From the IMG/VR virus record IMGVR_UViG_3300008448_000014, positions 49,910-113,909 of that record: 64,000 nt of DNA, one strand, 5' to 3'. The notes beneath the pieces were generated by a model. That model had not been told where the DNA came from and did not search any database. It saw only the letters and a program-made list of their open reading frames with translations. A program made the translations under genes and the position numbers. This DNA is from a virus. Shown here in pieces: positions 60,001-64,000 of this stretch; position 1 is the stretch's first letter; each line of letters begins with the position of its first letter.

Positions 60001-60897
60001 AATCTTCTCCCATTAGTAGTTCCTACTATTGATAAAAAAACAGGAGATGTTCTATATAACTATTATTATAAACAAGTTAATGTATATGGAGATGGTAATA
60101 GAGCTGTAGAATTTAATACAAACTTCACACCTTCTGTTATTGATAATGGTTCTATAACAATTCAAGAAGAACTATCAGACAGTGAAATAGTAAATCAATT
60201 TACTCCACAGATTGCAGAAGAAGTTGTATCTTTACCAATTAAACCAAGTATGCCTAGCAAACCAGCTATTATATCTGAAACAACTGTGACTCAACCTACA
60301 CAACCATTGACTGGAGAAAAAATTAATATCTATGCAGGTACAGGAGAGAATGCTGAGTTAAGTAATTTTGCTGACAGACCTTTTATAGATACAGATGGAG
60401 CAATAGGTTTTGGGTATTCAGAAGTTACAGGTAAGGATATTACTTTTAAAACAGTTGAAGGATATTTTCAAGCTACTAAACTTATATATACAGATGCTTC
60501 TGAATATTGGACAAAAGAAAATACATTAACAGAGCAGGGAATAAAACTTGTAGAACAGTTTGCTAATGCTACTGGAGCACAGGCTAAGTCTTTAGGCAGA
60601 ACTGTAAAAGAATTAAATAAGAAAGATTGGGATGATATTTCTTCTGCTGTAATGAGTGATGGTTTAAGAATGTCTTTTGAACAAAATCCAAATGCTCTTG
60701 CTAAGTTATTAGCTACAGGTAACTCAGAATTAACGCATACACAAGATAAAGGTAAATGGGGCAAAGAGTTTCCAAGATTACTTATGGAAGTAAGAGAAGA
60801 ACTTAGACCTGCGCAAATAGGAGAACAATTAGATTTGTTTACAGAAGAAGACTTAGGTCTTAATACAGATTTTAACCAAGATGATTTTAAATGTTAA
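48097..60897 (+). CDS. Giant virion-packaged two-barrel RNA polymerase polyprotein (N-terminal hydrophobic helices, zincin motif, RNAP core, C-terminal NADAR)
   Basis: 4266 aa; GFRIPTQ...AGSDFDIDK (DFDID at 57640-54), the crAss-like vRNAP catalytic loop; HEIGH at 53557-71; NADAR motifs at ~60319-60807. Confidence 0.9.
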   Translation: MPIFDNELLNNNSDRNYDTGIDRPLGSADIGEVNVNLDMSTGASSGFGVAFKDLAKLGQAPTSTGFDAPFQMVPRSELMANQRYPLYERGLDLENVYGLQQSGLAQLGNGLVKMGAFALGTFGQSFATIPNTFSAIKNGSLSDLSNPDGYEASIDDWMKNVEDYFPNYVTNYERSRGLATAIPFTYGSANFWGDKILKNSGFMVGAIAGAVAQDFAIGAVTEGVGAVPLVAVQLGKASLYLNKLFSGANKVDRVLDLARATGKSEQTLLNIERLGQLAAATKLNNGFRYGMSIYGSARTEAAIESRESYRTIKEELTEQYKLDNFGDEPTPEAIQQIEEYATDAMNARFGINMALLTVSNAVQFGNLFKSFTGAQKGVTSSSLNEFGSAGKIGLKEGTLDTFEKKLPQTFSGKAWEFAKPKAINIFTEGVYEEGGQFAAQKGVEDYYTRKYKTGKESWDFVKEAMYSTNKGLSEQFGSSEGIESMVIGAITAAITGPVVDRITGKSKADNQRLNSTLNILNQYGMTGVLSDKYENTSRSVEIAKQMNEAVNSGNIFKFKNLKADMFFGFVNSRIPIGMHDVTIEQLQMLKDLPKAEFEKTFGMDFNSSNQSTVSGYVDALITKANNINDITTSLNSTFNNPYNRIIDPKTVEEKNEGRKYTMFESWKTDLAHLSYIQQDSNQRITDIQTSISQVNPLLTNNLLTLASSEKGLKELSNSYEQKANMLSESLANLSPVERTSKREEIKKLRTLSEKISISLNSNKIDDPKLFNELINFELNNQDFSQSNALRIDETSNLATYAEDLNKIIDRREKAATQFEDLSTEKGFDKYFAQEEEIQKEKEEEGQQSLFPQDEKFGFLNKSGKKETAEVGREYQIPNMSPAKVRKTGEQFKVTSPTGEVKYYDTREEAKQAADDLNVDFSELTTVKVIALNEDGTIKVEDLAGNIQNINLSTLKGYERLQTEEEKLAKDKETLDRELEQLAPTGGSVQSISPTPGEFIGTDNKAKDVDIVFLATTSPSEDTGGAETNNLPHIKRARTFLNNFKFFKNRNKIKTIIVTPSNVNELGLEGLIQLSYNKNITDELTEDETNVETGFMAQVFIIQTPEGNFFVNDKGEKLNKIGESSSTILDNVVFQTMTSASLVTEGGYTKIRKGQEEQADIALEAYKIFRQELFGQTGYTPYPFAISRGIPNQNVVNGVYEDNHMSDILGPNAERIIAEHNGLIEVVTTGQVENNGELLSFPVGTTLIRFGDLLDFANNKVLTNKQANNVFHVINAMAKDLIAKSSTAKAGKPDYGYITFLKNVLYFKFKGNPTTPSQISIDTTTMNFRIGNKSFPFSEIETRKQELMDALQEAFISVNNKTLTDLGTSKEFTEYVADKDGNLTKVVWANYQSFLLSSKNPDGSTRSVGETPLITHTSKPTENTNSYKQKYSYITDTDILPYDRVPVKEVKPTPTQSPNKIGEYEVNTSTAQTFPINSGPILFTATLSPEGEIAVTVQSNQTISDLSTDPIKIKTIDSSLKANLSPEEIQEFDKKSNEDKAKLFIGAAITQSLNKTLAEQQTTPAVEEVVQPMAPPEVVAQQDIEAKKADIEKRRQEELISAVTTLISYEDFTKTKPKEVIVNNFDVYQYDKYLKKYVLVGAVSSTDTSLESIAAREEGAKDVDFFKDKSLKLDTVSFFWAERTTGRSPITRLTNYKQRTKQGRIDERVGQLLVDINAKYDVELAALEETKPVEDAPYDPSKKKRRGEAPEFRMVGAADVSDRMTDADFEAFKQWHAEKVPFIPFEDLERMVNVNDTEEAWGVFENGIAKFVRGGLRGTEYHEIGHGIWTMLSTAEQEALLNEFRSKPGTFTDRASGKKIEHIDATDTQAEERIWDDFSDFRLGKLPARSLGERIRRLFKMVMDFFKSFGSKPSLKNELFEAIEAGRFKETKLSERAKTMAPKYRAIEGLTEEQTNNYINDMVFQVSRIIFREGNKDALFNPEQLTGEQVFNQVRENYEELGEIDALGEKRYNELVKRTINSIRTRGISFNADEVVTINDENANSRDYAPEAFSVDWKKHSTGALKFLLSTLAERKALNQTNVEKLTPLKPAAYNLSNEGFKILNFNRVFATLLDRLHNTNSPEEFTKKFIQLAKEDSNYLALFVSLGGNTVTHEFDFPNFGESDWKLFIQFFNTFSRQKPEALIQYTSEEGDIYTGPANLFTTVKQTTEGWIDNMRTIGKGEGGLINYDKANKVYKINTVKIKDLSVKKSTDQIKFLNELGIEFNQGTYNALSNKEAIIKGETTTEVKEFNKAVSKIYTQLGKNNDLMTFDAKRLAINGPLRTLAELYTRVNNPNQDSTYFGVEGQRIGSFSENNAPSYFENTFNESNTLTELLEKMPQLNDVYSRGSEILKPGGLFFDKDGNRIAELKVGYIQGSKNQLDGTAKTTSRLSRGQRFVQEINQNINGNYYVLIPGDSSTEWMMNLGNVISMDDVLDGKHWDKVYSIYNNYLNDEINLALSDRTQNIYQRAKSKELRIMKDVLPEKIVEKIESMIDNGKTYDAIQEYISDNRTDINSSIKDFIDDMSKETIDILLNSSQIIMVGENEYVINKFDTEFLKKYNLNDKITFDELMNVINFVNINYQINNQEYHKVLFGDPYQFKTAKGKLDETKRIKSFLSPRRRTFNMTEYNNFLNDQYNSIDGIELEEGVPGSHKYKSYTNTVTLNTVEIVGSIATLPNVPENIKSTFAKTDETDAMSWLMDNTHKEIALKEGQWTEQAEAFHQWHMAYTRRAFDKKGIKAYTSEQLKAKDAKLLESPIPKHKLAVRKPIVSGNKFNKTEIDLVLDKTSQIPLYYNMVEGTNLENMYIQMFNQNIGYSIVTTGRKVGAEGLHNIYNSDGTFNTEQFNNVIEVPWIAYGTQVETMSEGDKTQTRGSQLTKLASSDLYKNGEAITEEGKQAYERNNKALDMLNENAYNELLNKLGVVDLGNTYALENKQIISETLMYEMMRRDLSENAIDTIQLNENGEFIMPFEASPSYTQIKNILYSMVNKALISPSMSGAPHVQVPVTMFEKATEGRSFARKTDTGWEKISKAQYKALTEEEKKSVMLTDDTLKFYENKDGKRYCEVMLPHWFKNKFGDMTDKEILSYLNTSEGQKILTGIGFRIPTQSLSSIEVFRVKGFLPQYMGYTVVVPSEITTKAGSDFDIDKLNMYLKSIYTDRNGNVKLVKWQGTEQATKDFFAKVYDESTERKALKKAELIEAIDILVYGLEDTKGLLNKYGEYILSIQDKYEDPFMFRAEMEKELDRLNDANLNAELRQSYINTMYKKSLENEYYDSLEELLTLEENFNKLISPVDDAGLEKMSEVLDSARGYNESSVKGRLINRNYMTNLRHAFITGKRWVGIAAVNITNLSLRQKSKVYLNPAKLSSLSAQERKFVQDLSIVLPHNKVNIEGQQYVSLSGTKTSDDSQFISERLSGYATAFVDIANKPFITKIIKSDIVVSTFMFLESIGAGNSGIYFLNQPIIEKYLEYLDGIGSKSVMGKDNLAYIRNMFPTTEKAIEDASISVEGLLDNIKEYSEKGEFYSNAKYAEQQLILNEFIKYKILADQLFSYTQATNYDTTKFGSSDLYFKKQLGTIAASNFNLISNVDDVLKNTFIGKQSELLGKSFNAFGAIMKTEDPKIKAYMIDTLKKYASRKYMSADDYMKIANLINNSFIDYIIQNDRTYYNLIKPDLVDSATAVVTKLEQAKQKYPSIKLLQDLVPVLSNREDGAKSIQLKANVKDAYSENLYVGMMRELRDINPELNSLYNNIINVAILQGTAQSAISLRNIIPVEDYAAKITPIINNLQPNINLESFSNGMFERNNFNNKDVFMDYTPFANPSQREADEILNPNTGETEILYYIPAFKQTKGSQKGLLVLNDKYNSFQLSSDFIKVPKVITARDGSKVNIATRSEVTARDYALMKQKGSQDLYDAYYYKKVYTTNMDEFGNLLPLVVPTIDKKTGDVLYNYYYKQVNVYGDGNRAVEFNTNFTPSVIDNGSITIQEELSDSEIVNQFTPQIAEEVVSLPIKPSMPSKPAIISETTVTQPTQPLTGEKINIYAGTGENAELSNFADRPFIDTDGAIGFGYSEVTGKDITFKTVEGYFQATKLIYTDASEYWTKENTLTEQGIKLVEQFANATGAQAKSLGRTVKELNKKDWDDISSAVMSDGLRMSFEQNPNALAKLLATGNSELTHTQDKGKWGKEFPRLLMEVREELRPAQIGEQLDLFTEEDLGLNTDFNQDDFKC

Positions 60898-60916
60898 AAC
60901 CAAAAAATAATAAATT

Positions 60917-63900
60917 ATGAGTTGTGATTTAGGTATACAAAGAATAACAAAAAAGGTTTTAAATAATAAGCCTTGGTTTGAATATCAAGAAGGGGATAAA
61001 TATATTCGTATAATAGATTCTCCTAGTGGAAAAATTAATCAAAGCAACTATAAAGGTGTAGCGGATACAACAGCTAGTGCTATTAATAAAGCAATAAACA
61101 AAGGTTATAAGAATATAGGAGATATTGCTTATTCTATATTTTTAAATGGAAAAGGTGTTGTTGAATTAAATCCTTCTAAAAAACAATTAGATTTATTAAA
61201 TGCTCAAAGAGAAGAAGAAATAGCAGAAATACAACAAGAAGTAGATGAAGAAAATCAAATAAAGGAATTTGATAAACTTAATCAAGAAGCTAATATAAAT
61301 ATTGAAGAAGGTGAAGTTTCACCTATGTTACAGTTACAGAAAGAAGGACAAAAAGCTGCTTCTCCAAAACTAATTAAATTAATGAAAGAATTCATTAAGC
61401 AAATTGGTGTTGATTACAAACTAGTTGAAAATATTGTTGTAAATGGAAAGAAGCAAGATGCTAATGGTGTAGCTCTCATAATGCAGAAACTTATTCAAGT
61501 GGTAGAAGGACAAGAAGATGTTGCTCTACCAGAAGAAGCTATGCACTTTGCTGTAGAGATTATAAAACAAACCAATCCTAAATTATACCAACAGCTTCTT
61601 AAAGAAATCAATGATCATTCCAAATTGAATGAAGTGATTGCTTTATATGGAGATCATCCATTATATCAAAAAGATGGTAGACGTGACATAGTTAAACTTA
61701 AAGAAGAAGCTATTGCTCAAGTGTTAGCAGATAGAATGGAAGATGTTGTTGCAAGAACTTGGTGGCAAAAAATTCTTGATTGGTTAACTCCTAGATTTTT
61801 AAAAGCTGGATTTGACAAAGCTTCTATGGATGTATTGGCAGGTAGACTAGCTAGTGTAGAAGACATTGATGTTTCTAAAGGAAGTGCTTATTTCCAATTA
61901 CAAAAAGGAGAACAAGTGTTCAATGATTTATTAGAAACTTCTAAAAGAATAGAAACAAAAGATGGTGGATATGAATTAGATGGAATAAAATCTGTACGAA
62001 GAGTTTCTGATTTTGCAAAAGAGTTTTACGAAAGAATATTTCCACAGATAGGCAAGACAGCATTTGAAGATGCTGTAAATACATTAAAGGCAGAAAAAGG
62101 AACTGCAGGGCATGCTGATATTGAACATGCTTTAAAGGTGCTTGTAGATCCAGAAACAGGGTTATTGAGAGATCAAATGTTAGATGATGAAGATTATGTT
62201 TCAGAACTTAATTCTAATGATAGAAGAATGTATGAGATACTTAGAGATAATCTAAAAGAACGTTTATTATCATTTAATGAAGGTAATAATAAAGGAACTA
62301 GATTTATGTCTGAGGTAAAGATATTTGATAAGAAAAGAAAAATAGCTGGAACTGTAGATTTTATTGCTGTCACTCCTGAAGGTAAAGTGACCATACTTGA
62401 CTGGAAGTTTATGGATCTTGATACAGATAAGTATGAAGACATTCCTTGGTATAAAGTGGAAGCTTGGAGAATACAGATGGGTAAATACAAAGACATTGTA
62501 GCTACTAATTATAATGTAAAGAGTCAAGACTTTGATCAAACAAGAATGATTCCTATATTAGCTAAGTATACAAAAGCTGATTTTGAAAAAGAAATTCTTC
62601 CTAGACTTTTAGAAATAAGAATAGGAAGTACGAATGTTCAGAACATCCAAGAAGATTACTTACTTCCTTTAGGAACTATGGATGAAAAGACAGGAAATAA
62701 AAAAATTGATAAGTTGATAGAAAAGTTCAATGCTACATATAGAAAACTTGCCGAAGAAAAAGTTAATGAAAATGAAAGAGGAAGTAAAGCTGAACAACTA
62801 AATTCTTTATATAAAGCTATTAGACATTTACAGATTAAAGGAAACATTGTTCCATTAATTAATCAGGCTAAAATATTGAACAAGCAAGTATCAATGTTGT
62901 TAAAAAGATATAAAACTGACTTTGAAGGTAAAGAACCTTCTGAAGTAGATAGTGATAAAATAAATGCATTTGCAGGAATGATTAGAGTGCATCTTGAAGC
63001 ATTACAACCTTACTTAGATCTTAAACAACTAGGAACATTGCTTACTGATGAAACAGAGGAAAATGATAAATTAAAGATAGAACTTAGTCTTACTAGAGAT
63101 AAAGTTGAAGATTTTATATCTGAACTTGTAGACTTAGATGAAACTTTTGGAGAAAAGTTTAATAATACTAGTAGTACACCAGAAAAAGTTGTAAAAGGTA
63201 TTAGTAAATGGTTTTCTAGTATTTCTACAATACAGGTTGCAAATATTCAAACATTATATAAACTTGCAAATAAAGCATTTGCTTTAGCTAATATAGAAAC
63301 TACTGAACAAGTAAAAAGATTAGAAAATCTAAAAGATGAATATCAAACATGGGCATCTTCTAAAGGTTTAAATGTTGGTAATTATTTTAATATTCTTATG
63401 AAAAAAGATAAGAATGAATTAATTGACCAATACTCTAATGAGTTTTATGATGAGTTAAAGAAAAGAATAGCTAAAAAAGATTATAATTGGATACTTAATA
63501 ATGTTAATCAAGATTTGTACAGAGCACATTTAGAAGAATTAACTGAAAAAGAAATACAAGAAATATTATCAAGGCCAAGAGTTGGTACAGAAGAAGACGT
63601 AAAGGCTTCTATAAAGAAAGATATGGCTAAGATTTATAATAAATATGATCTTACTACTAAAACTTCTAATGGTTGGTTAATATATAAACAAGTTAAACTA
63701 TTTCCAATAATAGATAAATGGGAGTCTGCAGAATGGAAAGAACTTAATAAACCAGAGAATGCTCCAGCTAAAAAATTCTATGATTATATAGTAGAAAGAA
63801 ATAAATATTTTCAATCAGTAGGATATTTAAATGGTAAAGCTGCTAAAAGATTTCTTCCTTGGATAAGACAAGGATTTACAGAAGGTCTTATATTTGATGG

Positions 63901-64000
63901 TAAATCAAGAGGACTTGGAGAACAATTTCTTAGAAATATATCAATGGATGAGAATGAAGCTGGATATGGACAAACAAATCCTATTACAGGTGAATTAATT
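60917..64000 (+). CDS. Giant virion cargo protein (partial) with degenerate zincin and PD-(D/E)XK nuclease domain
   Basis: Starts MSCDLG and appears open to the window end; PEEAMHF...EEAI; GTAGH...SEVKI...AGTVD...ILDWK...Q...Y. Confidence 0.8.
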   Translation, partial: MSCDLGIQRITKKVLNNKPWFEYQEGDKYIRIIDSPSGKINQSNYKGVADTTASAINKAINKGYKNIGDIAYSIFLNGKGVVELNPSKKQLDLLNAQREEEIAEIQQEVDEENQIKEFDKLNQEANINIEEGEVSPMLQLQKEGQKAASPKLIKLMKEFIKQIGVDYKLVENIVVNGKKQDANGVALIMQKLIQVVEGQEDVALPEEAMHFAVEIIKQTNPKLYQQLLKEINDHSKLNEVIALYGDHPLYQKDGRRDIVKLKEEAIAQVLADRMEDVVARTWWQKILDWLTPRFLKAGFDKASMDVLAGRLASVEDIDVSKGSAYFQLQKGEQVFNDLLETSKRIETKDGGYELDGIKSVRRVSDFAKEFYERIFPQIGKTAFEDAVNTLKAEKGTAGHADIEHALKVLVDPETGLLRDQMLDDEDYVSELNSNDRRMYEILRDNLKERLLSFNEGNNKGTRFMSEVKIFDKKRKIAGTVDFIAVTPEGKVTILDWKFMDLDTDKYEDIPWYKVEAWRIQMGKYKDIVATNYNVKSQDFDQTRMIPILAKYTKADFEKEILPRLLEIRIGSTNVQNIQEDYLLPLGTMDEKTGNKKIDKLIEKFNATYRKLAEEKVNENERGSKAEQLNSLYKAIRHLQIKGNIVPLINQAKILNKQVSMLLKRYKTDFEGKEPSEVDSDKINAFAGMIRVHLEALQPYLDLKQLGTLLTDETEENDKLKIELSLTRDKVEDFISELVDLDETFGEKFNNTSSTPEKVVKGISKWFSSISTIQVANIQTLYKLANKAFALANIETTEQVKRLENLKDEYQTWASSKGLNVGNYFNILMKKDKNELIDQYSNEFYDELKKRIAKKDYNWILNNVNQDLYRAHLEELTEKEIQEILSRPRVGTEEDVKASIKKDMAKIYNKYDLTTKTSNGWLIYKQVKLFPIIDKWESAEWKELNKPENAPAKKFYDYIVERNKYFQSVGYLNGKAAKRFLPWIRQGFTEGLIFDGKSRGLGEQFLRNISMDENEAGYGQTNPITGELI

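Noticed and set aside
10048-62847. Many 60-130 aa antisense or alternate-frame ORFs inside large genes
   Set aside because: Shadow ORFs produced by codon bias of the real genes; same for the plus-strand ORFs at 416, 1468, 3526, 6629 and 7743
1-64000. Stop-codon reassignment, which occurs in some crAss-like phages
   Set aside because: Genes up to 12.8 kb are intact in the standard code, and TAG and TGA both end genes at coupled junctions
1-64000. CRISPR array, tRNA genes, DGR reverse transcriptase, integrase
   Set aside because: No regularly spaced repeats, cloverleaf/T-loop signatures or RT/recombinase motifs seen by eye

Overview
This window is about 64 kb of an AT-rich, crAss-like (Crassvirales-related) podophage genome that uses the standard genetic code. 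The host is very probably a Bacteroidota/Flavobacteriia bacterium: there are TTTG-N19-21-TAnnTTT(G/A) promoters and A-rich translation starts with no Shine-Dalgarno. Positions 1-9127 are small, mostly hypothetical minus-strand early/accessory genes, interrupted by a ~630-nt ORF-free, heavily base-paired segment (2762-3395) that looks like a large structured ncRNA. After a strand switch (~9130-9468), the plus strand carries RepL-like, HU/IHF-like and Zn-finger genes, terminase, portal, scaffold-like protein and major capsid protein. These are followed by conserved structural genes, Cys/Thr-rich tail-fibre genes, a metallophosphoesterase, ring/tubular proteins and a split tail-stabilisation (muzzle) gene. 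Next come ejected cargo proteins with a recurring xxGG motif and a 4266-aa virion RNA polymerase (DFDID) with a C-terminal NADAR domain. The window ends in another giant cargo gene with a PD-(D/E)XK domain. Three free-standing homing endonucleases are inserted. All product calls come from motif recognition by eye; no database search was run.
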